A DNA stretch of 64,000 nt from Octopus bimaculoides (lineage: Eukaryota). The DNA is taken from positions 104,330,673 through 104,394,672 of the forward strand of contig NC_068987.1 of the NCBI RefSeq assembly GCF_001194135.2. Direction: 5' to 3'. The notes beneath the pieces are model-generated. The model worked only from the letters and a program-made list of their open reading frames with translations, was not told the DNA's origin and did not search any database. Below, piece after piece: positions 26,756 through 39,460 of this stretch (positions are counted from its first letter, which is position 1; every line of letters starts with the position of its first letter). A program made the position numbers and the translations under genes.

Positions 26756-29700
26756 GTACAAAAGAATATTTGTACCTTTTACTTGTTTTAGTCATTGAAT
26801 TGTGGCCATGCTGGGGCACTGCTTTGAAATGTTATGCCGAACAAATTGATCCTACTACGTATCTTTTTAAATCTGGTATTTATTCTATCGGTCTCTTTTG
26901 CTTAATCACAAAAAGTTACAAGGATGTAAACAAACCAACACCGGTTGTCGAGCAGTGTGCGTATGTGTGTGTGTGGAGGCGGTTAGCACAAATACAAAGC
27001 CACACACACACACACATGCGCGCGCGTAATACGTGCAGTATTTATTTACGTTCCTTTACGTTCTGAATTCAAATCTCATTGAAGTTATTTTTGCTTTCCA
27101 CCCCTTGGGGATACATTGGATAATGCAGTCCCAGATACTTCTAAAAAGATTAGATTGTCATATTTGCAATCCTTTGATCATAGATTTGCCCTGATGTGGT
27201 TGACCTGAATTTGAGCAATTACAACGAAAAATACACTTCATATTTAGCCAAGAACGCATTTTGTTCGATGTTTTCGATAGGTATATTGTTGAAATACTTG
27301 TCTACTTGGTTTCCTAATTTTTATCGTGTGACATGTTGAGAATTTTATCTTAAGATGTTAGTGATTAAAATTTGCTCTCTTAGTTTTATTTCAGAGGTAA
27401 TTCTGCTTGATATAATTTACTTTACAAATTCGCCAGGTAAATTTACATTTAAAAATGTGGATTAATATATACTTCATGTTGACCCTGGACATCTTTCGGA
27501 ACCAAATATAGTCTGACACATAGCTACTAGATCTCAAAAGGATTTCAAGCGTAGTCAAGATCTTAAAATCACTGATTTGATAATTTAAAATTGGGGAGAG
27601 TGCCTTCTGCATAAAAAATTTATAGTTAGAGCAAGCCAACATAATGCGATGAACCTGAACCTAAAACATCCTTTTTTTATGAATTGTAATTACAACCGTA
27701 ATAGTAAGAAAAGTTAATGGATGTTAATTGTTCTTGTATGTTGTTCGGTAATCATGTTAGGGAGTATACACTATTCAGCATATTATATCTGTCGTATTCG
27801 AACAATATTTGTTAGCACTATTTTAAAAGAAGTATCATTATTGAAGTTCAAAGACATTACACATTTTAAAGACTTCGTTTTGATTGTTTCTTTCTTCTTA
27901 TCAATTCTCTTCAATGCTGCATAATGACTGTTTGTTCTGGAAGACACAAAGCTTCAGATATTTCAGAAAAGTATGACATCTTTATTTTGCAATTTGCTTA
28001 TAGTTATGCATCTTCGATCTCTGGCTGATACAATCTGTTGTAATCACTTGTTGAATGTCTACAGTTTTCACTAGTAATATTTTGTGTGCTGCACATCTTT
28101 TGGTATTTATCTATTATCGAGAGTCACTTTTTTTTTTATTTACTAAAGGATTAGTATATAAACTAGGAGTAGGCATGGCTGTATGATCAGAAGTTTACTT
28201 CGTAACCACATTGTTCTGAGTTTAGTCCCATTGCGTGGCACCTTGGGCAAGTGTCTTCTGCTGTAGCCTCGGACCGACCAAATCCTTGTGAGTGAATTTA
28301 GTAGGCGGAAACTGAAAGAAGTCCGTTGTGCATATAATATATACATATGTGTGTATGTAGGAAGGGATGTATCCGTGCATGTCCCCCACCACCGCTTGAC
28401 AACCGATGTTGGTGAGTTTACATCTCAGTAACATGGCGGTTCGGCAATAGAGTTTGAGAAAATAATTACCAGGCTTTAAAATATAAATAAATCCTAGCGT
28501 CGATTCATTCGACTAAAAATATTTCAAGGCGGTCCCCCATCATGGCGGCAGTCTAATGACTGACGCCACCCCCCACAAGATAAACTATAAAAGACAAGCT
28601 ATTACACACATGAAACAGGTGTAATAGACGATTTGCGGACTTTCGAAAAGGCTGTCACTGCTTCATGAGGGTGCAAAAGAGTATGGAATTGGGTGATTGA
28701 TTCCTTTTTGGAAAGAATATTTTGCCTAAAACATTTGATGTTTTACATTTTGGCTCTGCAATTCCATGCCTTTACTGGTAAATTTCTTTTTGGTACTTTT
28801 CTCTATACCGTTGTGATAGCTATTCCGATATTCCAAAGATCAACTATTACACTCATCTCACACGTGTAATAGTTCATTTACTAATCATTTAGTAAATGAA
28901 AAAAAAAATGGAAAATGGCTGTCGATAAAAAAACTTTCCAATTTTTATTATTTTAAAATTTCTTTCCTCTGCACTCACTTCCTTCTTTAGTTTATAGAAC
29001 ATTGGATTTTTGCTTTAGTTGTAAATGCATGCACATAGGTCGAGTCACATTTTATATAACAGAAGATAATAGATGCTGCTGATTTCTCTTCAAAGTCTGG
29101 AAAGTGCCAAATGTAAAGTCGACTTGTCAAATGCAAACTTTTCGTAGAAATAAATAATTCCATCCGAATACAAATGTGAAAAGCATAGTTTTCAACCGAG
29201 ACACTTTGATGAAGTAATAAGAATATTGAATACAAAGAGAAACTTATTCCCGTTCCCTGTTTAAGATTATTTTAAACACCAATTTAACTCCCAAAACTGA
29301 TAACCGGTTTCAGTTTATCAAATTTGTCAGTTGAATCCGAAGAAATTAGTGGTGATTTGCTTGAGACAAAAATTAAGTACAAAATATTCACGAAGTACAA
29401 TTAATTATTTTCGCTGCAAGAAATGTAACACTTTTGGTAGAAGCCGTCAACAGAGTTTAACAGTCTGTGGGTTTATCATTCTATATAAGTTAATAACTTG
29501 ATTAATGGGTGAATTTTGATATTTCTTCTACATTCACTTTTGTTTATGTCAATAAAAGCAATGTAATCACGAAGTGTTGCTTAGATCGTTGACTCACATT
29601 TGTTATATATTTTAATTAACAATTTACTTACGTGGACACATTAATAATGTAACACTATATGTGATGTTTTTTTTACAATGAAAACTGACATGGTGTGAAA

Positions 29701-30924
29701 GATAAAAAATATGGATATGCAATAACTTGTTAATAAAAGCTGTGGATAGGCATAGTTATCAAAGCATCGGACGAAATACCTTGCAGTATATATTTCAGCT
29801 TCTTACGTGCCAAGTCCAAATTCCGACGAAATCAACTTTGTTTTTCCTCCTTCCAGCTTTGATAAATAAAGTACCAATTCAAGACCGGTGGATAGGTAGA
29901 TCATAACGGCGGTGGACATGGGGTTTTGCGGCTCTTGTTCTGAGTTCAAGTCTCACCATGTCCAATTTGGTTAACAGACTCAACCCATAGCCTTAACACC
30001 GCTAAAGACATCCAAATACCAATATTTAGTCAGAGATGCTGCCTTTCCTCATCTAATTAAACGATTAAAAAACAGCCATAGCAAAGAAACACACACGGCT
30101 TTATTGACTAGCCTACTTGACATTCTGCTGCTGTTATCTAACCGCAGATCAATTTGAGTTGACCTGTATTCAAGGATATTCAGGTTGACGGACTAGATAT
30201 TTTTTCTACTTGCTGTATTTAGAGGAATGGGTAGTGGCCGTTATCTTTGCAATCTTTCCGAGACCGGTGACCTTGATGCTATTAATGTCCTGTTTAAACT
30301 GTTGCAGTTCCACACCTGCAAGACAGTCATAAGAAAGATTAATATTTCAGAGGAACGATGTTCTAGATAGGAAGAACTGGAGGTGATGGTTAGTGTAGGC
30401 CGAGAAGTGGGCTTGGCATAACATCCTCAAATACTGCATTCGTTTAATTTCTTTTACTACTGATTAGATCATCAACACACAGAATTGCTATTATAAATTA
30501 TTTGTATATATCTGCAATTTTTATCTAATTATCTAAACAAGCTATTTATATCAGTAGTTCATATCGCATAAGAGGTGTGTTACATACATTCGCGCGCGCA
30601 CACACACACTCACACACACAATCGTCACTAAAAGTGACTAAGGGTCAAGTCAGCACCAGCATTGCTAGAAATAAGAGTTAAAATAATTTTTAGCCGCGAA
30701 CAGAGCATTTTCTGTTCATCTGAGCACACTTTCTATTCACTGACAAGGGAGATAACCTCCTCACAGAAAGCAAGGGCGTCAGATCGGCCGGCCGATTTCG
30801 GTGACGCTATTCCATTGCCGATGGGTAAGCTTAATCAACTTGTCATGTTATAGAATATAATCAGTGGCTGATTCAGTACAATAGTAAAGTGAAAATTATA
30901 AAATCATTAAAGTGGCTAGACGTA

Positions 30925-31140
30925 ATTAAAAACCAAAAGACACAAATACAATCGTCACTAAGAGTAACTAAGGGTGCTATCTCCCTTGTCTGTGAATAGA
31001 AAGTGATCTATTGAACAGAAAAATGCTCTGTTCGTGGCTAAGAGTTATTTTGACTCTTATTTGTAGCAATGCTGGTGCTGACTTGCACCCTTAGTCACTT
31101 TTGGTGATGATTGTAATCGTGCCTTTCGGTTTTAAATTGT
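30925..31140. mobile_element. Fold-back MITE with about 52-bp TIRs; a truncated second copy in opposite orientation lies at 30618-30757
   Basis: AAAAACCAAAAGACAC..CAATCGTCACTAA..CTAAGGGTGC is mirrored at about 31085-31140. The internal 115 bp is the reverse complement of 30645-30757. Confidence 0.7.
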
Positions 31141-31318
31141 GCCTGGGTGTTTTCCTGGTGCTAAAAAGTAGTAATATCGTCCTCTTTAGGACTGCCACAT
31201 TGTGTTGGTAAATAGACTTTACTGTTCGGTACTGTTACTACATATTTCTCGCTCAGAGATTTAAAACTAGTTGTTTTTCTCTTTACGAGATCAGCAACTG
31301 TGTGTCGCTTTAAAAGTT

Positions 31319-31460
31319 TATACTATGAGCAAGGTCGAGTGACTACCATCTCTAGCCGACGATTGTCCTGTGCCGAAGAAGAGAAATAACTCAGAAACCT
31401 TGGTCTACATGTATCGCTAACGCTAGAAAGGGAACAATAAACTCCCTTGCTCATAGTATA
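31319..31460. mobile_element. Small MITE-like element with perfect 16-bp TIRs
   Basis: TATACTATGAGCAAGG / CCTTGCTCATAGTATA. No TSD is apparent and the superfamily is not assigned. Confidence 0.6.
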
Positions 31461-34421
31461 CGGACACAGAACATGTGTCGGTAGCTAGCTGGAAAAGATG
31501 TTTTCCTGGGGCTAAAAAGTAGTAGCTTCGTCCTGTGTAGGATTGGCAAATAGACTTTATATATATTACTGTTTAAATGAAAGAATATATGCATATCGTT
31601 GACTGATACGAAAGTGGTTCTGATTTCCTTTTTAAGTTAATCACTGTTATTAAAGTAGTCTTTTTAGTAACATAGCTGATAGTTCTGATCCTGATGCGGG
31701 TACCGATGTTATGTCATTCGATATTTTACTATACACAAATCAGAGTAATTTTATACAAATATAAATAAATAATGTGTTGAGCTACTATTCACTATTGTGA
31801 GATTCCATGACATCGATTAATTGGTGTTACATATCTTTACCGGGTGCAGCTGAAATTCACCAGTTGACAATATCTATTATAAACTGGTTACTACCAAGAA
31901 AGCCAGAAACTTATTTTCAGTTACATTATTTCGTACAAGCTGCGACATGATCCAACACTTTCTGACATGTTCTGGACACAACCGAGTAATTAAGAAGTTC
32001 GCTTCGAAACCACATGGTTGATGGCTCTAACTCGTAACTATATCTTCCAATATGGTTACAGTTTATGAGTGGAATTTGGGAGACAGAAACAGTAGAAATC
32101 CGCCGTATGTATGTATGTATGTATGTATGTATGTTATCAATCAGTTTCATTTCTGTATTTCTTGTCAATAGAGAAAGAGCCGGACTCTAACATAGATTCA
32201 AGGCTCCTTCATTGGAACTTTTATCAACATCATCTAGGTATTTGTGCATATGTGTGTGTGTGCAGTATTTGGTGTTGGTGTATGCGCAGATTTGTATGTT
32301 TGTTTTATGGATGCGTTTTTATGTATATATTTTCATGTATGTATGTATGTATGTATGTAATGCGTGCATATGTGTTTGTGTTTGTATGTGTTGTTGGTTA
32401 CATTGTGTTCCTGTATGTCCTCTAACTTAGGAGTTTGAAAAATAGAGAACGATAAAATTAGTATCGGATTGAAATAAGTAACAAGATCGAGATAAAGAAT
32501 TACAATTTTTTGAACCGTCATTGATGTTTCAGTAACTTTACTTTTTTCCTAGGTAAACCCATTTTTACCCCTGGAAAAAGGTAATCCACGTTAGTCTATC
32601 CTTTGATCTGTCCAGCATGGAAAGCTCTTCCAGGAGTTTGTGCTCCGCAGGCATGGTTCTCAGGGTCATTGAGGCACACATGCCATCACCCTGCAACAAG
32701 GACTAGACTTGGTGGTGAAAAACGTAACTATGCAATACATTGGTTCAACATCTAAAAAAAAAAACCGTTTCCATGACAAGTAATGCAGCAGATTTTTTTA
32801 GAACCGCTGGTCGCGTAATGTAGAGAGATTTAAAAGAACCTACAGATGTACTGGAAGCATTTGTTTCTCCCATGAAATATGCTGTGGAGAATCTAAAAAG
32901 TATAAAAATTGGTGAACTACTTCAATTTGTCAACTAACATTCTGTAATTAATTGCCACACTCTTAAATCAAATCGTTTTAAAGAACTCATTGTAAAATTT
33001 ATCTGTTAAAAGGGGATTTCGCCAAACTAGTCTCCGTGTTACCATGAAATTGTAACAGAAAAATTAGGTCACCGCGACTTTGGCCAAATGGAAAATATGA
33101 GTTAGCATTTAATAAGTGGTTACTTGACACTGGAGACAGTACAATGATAAATTTCGCCATCATAGTTCGAGGAGAATATTGCTTAACAGATCATAAGTTT
33201 TGATAGAATGTTTTCGTGATCACTAACAACATAGAAAAATACTGGCTAATAGTAAGAAAGCAGAAGATTTATTCATCCCAAGATGGAATTTAAAGTTCAG
33301 TAACATTAATACTCCCTTTACTTGAAGCAGTTGTCGGTTTACTATGACGTTAACATTCGCAATGACCGTTTAGAAAACATAACTATATATATATATATAT
33401 ATATATATNNNNNNNNNNNNNNNNNNNNNNNNNNNNNNNNNNNNNNNNNNNNNNNNNNNNNNNNNNNNNNNNNNNNNNNNNNNNNNNNNNNNNNNNNNNN
33501 NNNNNNNNNNNNNNNNNNNNNNNNNNNNNNNNNNNNNNNNNNNNNNNNNNNNNNNNNNNNNNNNNNNNNNNNNNNNNNNNNNNNNNNNNNNNNNNNNNNN
33601 NNNNNNNNNNNNNNNNNNNNNNNNNNNNNNNNNNNNNNNNNNNNNNNNNNNNNNNNNNNNNNNNNNNNNNNNNNNNNNNNNNNNNNNNNNNNNNNNNNNN
33701 NNNNNNNNNNNNNNNNNNNNNNNNNNNNNNNNNNNNNNNNNNNNNNNNNNNNNNNNNNNNNNNNNNNNNNNNNNNNNNNNNNNNNNNNNATAAACTGCAT
33801 ATGCCTTCTCTTTTTTTCCCTCATTGTATTTTGTTGCCTTTTCTCACAAATAGTTCATTGTAGATCCTAGTAGAACAAGAAATAAAAAATAATTTTAAAC
33901 TGTACGTTGAACAAAATTTCCACTCGAAATGTAATGATAAAAGAAATACTAAATTAAACATGCTGTCAAAGCATTTGTTTTTTTACATAATGTTTACATA
34001 TATTTTTAGTTTACGTAAAGCAAACATTGAACCGGATTGTTCATAACAAAAGTTAATCTGTATTTAAAGAAAAACGTTGTGTTCTATATTTTGACAACAT
34101 TTATTATTATCACTTTCAATACGTCCAAGTATGATAGGACGTATTCGCCATCATTGTTGAGCCAAAATCTGTAACTGTTATTGACCATGTGAAGACACTA
34201 GCATGTGTACGCACGCGCGCGCACACACACGTATATATATATATATATTATTATTATTATTTTATTTTAGACCTGACGAGTGACTATATTTCCCCAAATT
34301 TCAGATCTTGTGCCTATAGTAGAAGGGATTATTATAATTCGTTCTAGAACATTCCATAAGGAAATATGTTTATTTATCGACAGCTATGTAAACACGCGCA
34401 TACCTGCAGCCTGTAACTAGT

Positions 34422-34461
34422 TTGATAAGTGCCAACGCATGAAACTCTCGAACCTTGAGTC
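34422..34461 (+). ncRNA. Hammerhead-like motif with U3-A8 covariation (partial sister copy at about 10537-10570)
   Basis: TTGATAA-GTGC-CAAC-GCAT-GAAA-CTC...GAG-TC. Stems II and III pair, stem I is unpaired. The downstream ~100 bp is shared with 10540-10640. Confidence 0.45.
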
Positions 34462-34543
34462 CCTCTGTTGCTTCTGCTAAATATTAATAAAAATATACGA
34501 ACACTCATATTTTGGGTTCTATTTGCCTGTTTGCACCAACATA

Positions 34544-34581
<38 letters not shown>

Positions 34582-34889
34582 NNNNNNNNNNNNNNNNNNN
34601 NNNNNNNNNNNNNNNNNNNNNNNNNNNNNNNNNNNNNNNNNNNNNNNNNNNNNNNNNNNNNNNNNNNNNNNNNNNNNNNNNNNNNNNNNNNNNNNNNNNN
34701 NNNNNNNNNNNNNNNNNNNNNNNNNNNNNNNNNNNNNNNNNNNNNNNNNNNNNNNNNNNNNNNNNNNNNNNNNNNNNNNNNNNNNNNNNNNNNNNNNNNN
34801 NNNNNNNNNNNNNNNNNNNNNNNNNNNNNNNNNNNNNNNNNNNNNNNNNNNNNNNNNNNNNNNNNNNNNNNNNNNNNNNNNNNNNNNNG

Positions 34890-35810
34890 TGCCATATAAC
34901 CGATCAGAAAGTTACCACTGGTTTCGTCTCTAGTATTACGCTTGGCAAAACTGACTCTTTAGACATACTGGCCGGAAGCGCATAGCCTCTTTTATGCATG
35001 AGGTAAATATACGGTCTTGATAAGCTTGATAGTGAAATAAAAACAGAACGTGACAAAAAAAAACAAAACCTTTCTGGGAGGGGGGTGGGGAGTTGCGTCC
35101 CGTTGTACGATTCCAGCATGGCCGAAGTGGGGTAGGTCAGCTGTGCTTGCGTACATATTTTCTGTTTCCTAGTTTGAAAACCGAGAAGACTATGTTTCCA
35201 AAAGGAATATTCTATCATCAGGACAGTGACTAACAATTTCACTCCTTGAGTTGATGAAGGCATCCAGATCGTGTGAATTTTTTAGAATTATTCTCCTCTT
35301 GACTAAATAAAGCTTGTTCTGTCTGCTTCCGGTCAGATTTATCCCAGTTTGTTCCAGCAGTTCCCAGGTGATTTTGTATAGCATTCCTTTCTCTTAATTG
35401 TCATATACAGCTGGTTAATGTTGTAACGTTGGATCATAAAAGAGGACCTGTAATTATTTAACCTAGCCTTAAAGGAGCCCTCCGTTATCCCAACATATTT
35501 CTATGTGTGCGTTCCTTCGTTGCTGCTTTTGTTATTGTTGCTGAACAAAACTGCCTCTGCTTCGTGAACCACAGCCTCTACTTTTCATCAACCATTCACT
35601 GGGTACTCACTGTTAGCCCTACATGAGCATCTTGCCTCTATGCTGGGATTTGGGGTATACACTAATATCTTTTTGACACTAGGCGAACAACTGAACGAGA
35701 CCCTTAAGTTATGTCTATTGAATAATCCGCTATACCTATGGGACTGAGGCAACTCTTCTCTTTCCAGAAAGGGTTTTTCTTCGTTTCGCCTTTTTTTTTT
35801 CATCACCAAA
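34890..35810 (-). mobile_element. Penelope-like retroelement relic 2 (distinct family; GIY-YIG end plus 3' UTR)
   Basis: Minus-strand fragments LFNRHNLRVSFSC..., CSCR...YPVNG, KYVGITEGSFKAR and YKITWELLE...INSRSEIVSHC. A hammerhead-like motif lies at the ORF end (35188-35221). Confidence 0.8.
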
Positions 35811-36129
35811 CTAAGTTTGAATATTTACGTCCAGCATTAAAGAGTTGCATGCTTCCGGCTTGCATGGTTCGAAGATATGTGTGTGTGCTTGCATTTTCCC
35901 ACCCTTATTGCTTTATTTACGTCCCTGTAACTTAATGGTTTGGCAAAGAGTTTCATAGAATAAATATCAGACTTTTAAAAGATAAGTACTGAGGGTGATT
36001 TGTTCGACTAAATCCTTCGAGGTGGTGCCCCTGCATGATTGCAGTTCAGCGACTGTAACAAGCGGTAAGAGTTAATATAGTAATGATCACGATGAATGTA
36101 ACCAGAATATTTATAACTCAGGGAGAGGG

Positions 36130-36168
<39 letters not shown>

Positions 36169-36183
36169 TCTAAGTAGCAGAAA

Positions 36184-36258
36184 CTTAAGATAACACTTCT
36201 TAAATAGTTTAGATTATATATATGTAATCTAAGCTGTTTTAGAAGTGTTATCTTTAAG
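36184..36258. repeat. 75-nt imperfect palindrome (pre-miRNA-sized hairpin)
   Basis: CTTAA-GATAACACTTCTTAAATAGTTTAGATTATATA pairs with TATGTAATCTAAGCTGTTTTAGAAGTGTTATC-T-TTAAG; on the + strand most mismatches are G:U compatible. Confidence 0.85.
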
Positions 36259-37402
36259 AAGTGCTATAACACACCCATTCTTATTAATCAGTTGCATACC
36301 AGGTGGGTGTCTTAGTTAAAAATTGAAATGTGTTGATATGCATCATTCTGTTATAAATCAACTACTGTATGTAACACGAATTTTTAATATAATAGGCTTT
36401 ACAGAGGCTGGTTATTAACTACGGATGTTCTTATGTCGGACATTCGTAAGCTGAGGACTGCGTGTAATGTATTATAATGTGTAATGTTAGTTAAAAACGA
36501 GATACGACAAAACCAGGGAAGTAGAAACGGGAAGAATTTGAGATAAATAACAATACAAACTAACACTAGACATTTTACATTTTCTATTTTAATGTTATAT
36601 TGTTTTCAGTTTTTATCAACTTAGCCTTTCAGGCTTATAAAATAAGCACCAATAATATATTGTGATTGATTCAATAAATCATACCACCTTTCCTCCGAAA
36701 ATCAATGTCGTTCTTGTGTATGCTTCAATGTCTAAATATCTGAGATATATTGTTGCTAATAAGTTTATAATTTTTCGGATTATTAACCTCATTCTTAGAG
36801 ATGAAATCATTGTTAAAATTATTCATTTACATCAACACAACGTTTTGATCGGTTTAATTTCCTATCGTCATCAAGTATTTCTGTATACATAGTGCCAGAT
36901 TGTATTCTAACTTGAAATCTTTATTTATAAATCAAAGGTAGCAAAACTTTTTTTCACTTGGCCACAGAAGCATGATTATTGCCCTAAAAATAAAGTAAAT
37001 AGTCCGAAAAATTATAACCATACCAATTACTGCTTGTTTGAAATGCTTTTGATGTCCCATCAAATGCCAATTTTTTACATCTATATTGGCAGTGTACCGC
37101 TCACTATTTCTCCCTCCCTCTCTCTCTCCTCGTTCCCCTGACATGCGATTCAAAAGCAGTTAACTGCTTTGATATTGTCAATGTCTGTATTTTGTTGAAG
37201 CACTGGCAGCTCGTTTAGTTACTGTATACTTAGTAGAGATTTACACTATAAGTTTAACTCTGCATTTATATCTTCTATATAACAATATGTATTTGTTTTG
37301 CAAGATTTTTGATATGAACTCGTGTGTTGAAGCAAATATTGTTATAATTGGGGAAGTCATTTTGTCAATAAACACACGCACTATTTATGTGATCTTCACT
37401 TT

Positions 37403-37416
37403 ATTATTATTATTGT

Positions 37417-37491
<75 letters not shown>

Positions 37492-37497
37492 TAATAT
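37403..37497. repeat. Compound (TTA)/(CTA)/(ATA) trinucleotide microsatellite
   Basis: Read directly; it lies inside the left inverted repeat of PLE relic 3. Confidence 0.93.
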
Positions 37498-38924
37498 TGT
37501 TTATTTGTCTGAGCTCTTTCGTCACACATTATGTGACCTCTTCAATCATTATCTCTTCTTCTATGTGTCTTTTCTCTCTGATCTTGTCCTATCTATTCCA
37601 TCTTGTCGTACTTATGTACTCATCCCTATTTGCGCATGCGTTTGCGTCTGCCCGTGTCTATGTGTTTGGCATGTACATATCTGTCTTGTATGCGCAAATA
37701 TGAGTTTTTATATCAGTTTGCATCTGTCTCCTTTTTTTCTTTTCTGTTTTTTAAGCATCCGAACCACAAACTATCTGCCTTTTTTCTTGTTTTTGACACT
37801 GAAACCTTGCTGGAAGCTAGGAATAATAACGTTCAAATTCTCCATTCGCACTAGACCAAACACATGGCCTCTAAATAACTGAGCCACCGGAACGAACAAT
37901 TGCAGATAATACCAGTTCAGTATCCTGATAGCGGATTTGATACGGGAAATGACAAACGTGTCCCGCATGTGTGATCCAACAGAATTAGAGAGACACATAC
38001 AGCACTTCATCCACCGCATGCAGTCCTCAGGGTACAGTCAAAGAGACAGGATCAAGGTGTAAAAAGGAGCTATGATAAAATTCAAGACTATGATAGAGAA
38101 TGACGCAAATGGGATCTGCCGGCTACACAGGAGTAAATCATGGGATAGTATAGAAAGGACTAAAGGAATATAGTTAAGACCAACCCATGGTATGACGACC
38201 GAAACTACCAGAGTGCGATGTTCGTCGATGCTACCCTTAGAGGCAAACTAGTGTATTATTTTACAAAAGCCTTAGGTAAACTGAATCTACGGATTAAAAT
38301 AGTAGAAAGGACAGGAACTCCTTTGAAATTCCTGATCTTTAAAACATACTTATTTTAAAGAACCCACTGTATCTGATAAGAACTGCATAGTGCGTATGGT
38401 AAGCCTGCAGATATACTACAGAAACAGGACAGCTACATATATTGGAAAGACAGCGCGTAGCGTAGGAGAGGGGATAAATAAACACTGGCAGGAACTCAAG
38501 GAGGAGAAAAGCTCGTCAGTACTATGTCAACATGTTAAGCTAAAATATGGCGTCTCTAAAGATGACATACAAGTTAAAATCCTATCCACACATAGAACAG
38601 ACACAACACTCACATTGATTACGGGGGCCACAGACGTAATAGAAAGTAGGCCGAGCTTCAACAGAAAACGCGAACGGAATAACAACACCCCAGAACACCA
38701 TGCCACCTGACGACTGAAAACAGAATAATGAAAGAGAAATAAAATGCGGTACGGATACAAACAATGTGATATACAAGCCCATACACAAGCAAACAAGACA
38801 CATACATACGCACAGACGCAAACGCACGCACGCACGCACAGATAGAGATACATACCGCATAAAGATAAGACGGAATAGACAGGACAATACCAGAGAGAAG
38901 AGGAGACATGGGGAAGAAGAGATA

Positions 38925-38967
38925 GTCATTGAAGAGTTCAGAGAATGTGTGACGAAAGAACCCTGAC
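38925..38967 (+). ncRNA. Degenerate hammerhead-like motif in the PLE relic 3 terminal repeat (mirror copy on - at 37507-37549)
   Basis: GTCA-TTGAAGA-...GAC-GAAAG..C-TGAC, with stem I GTCA/TGAC intact in this copy. The mirror copy keeps stem II GTCACA/TGTGAC and GAAAGAGCTC. Confidence 0.4.
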
Positions 38968-39460
38968 AAATAAGCAATAACTAATAGTAATAATAAAGCT
39001 AAAGTGAAGATCAAATAAATAGCACCATATAACCCGTCCCCGAATATAACAATATATATATATATATATTTGTTCATACACCTGTCTTTGTCTTTTGTTT
39101 TTCTATAAATTTCAACTCTGTGTGTGTGTATTTTACTATTTTTCAAACAATATATTAAAACGCGTTTTCTTTTATTCAATCAATATCTTCCAGTATAGTT
39201 TGCTGCAAGTGATTTACTGCACAGGTTAACATTTACCATCTGTTGAAAATTCACTGGTATATTCCGTACTTATATAATTGGAAAATACGTTTATTTTTTA
39301 ATGTAATATCCAAAATATACTTAAGTGTCCACAGAATGCAAAAGGAATCTACAATAAGAATGATTAATTCAACGGAAAAGAATACAATTTCTATGAACAT
39401 TCATAATTCTTGTATGTATTTTCCTATTCGTTAAAAAGATATTATTTTCATATTTGCTAG

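Larger units (their letters stand above)
37340..39050 (+). mobile_element. Penelope-like retroelement relic 3 with inverted flanking 3'-end repeats
   Basis: Coding relic at about 37790-38710 (LDTE..ILHSH, YIGKTARSVGE..KH, FNRKRE), homologous to relic 1. About 37340-37720 is the diverged reverse complement of about 38730-39050. Confidence 0.85.

Noticed and set aside
27200-27700. Possible hAT transposase remnant (FPNF...LRIL-like fragments)
   Set aside because: Too degenerate to support by eye.
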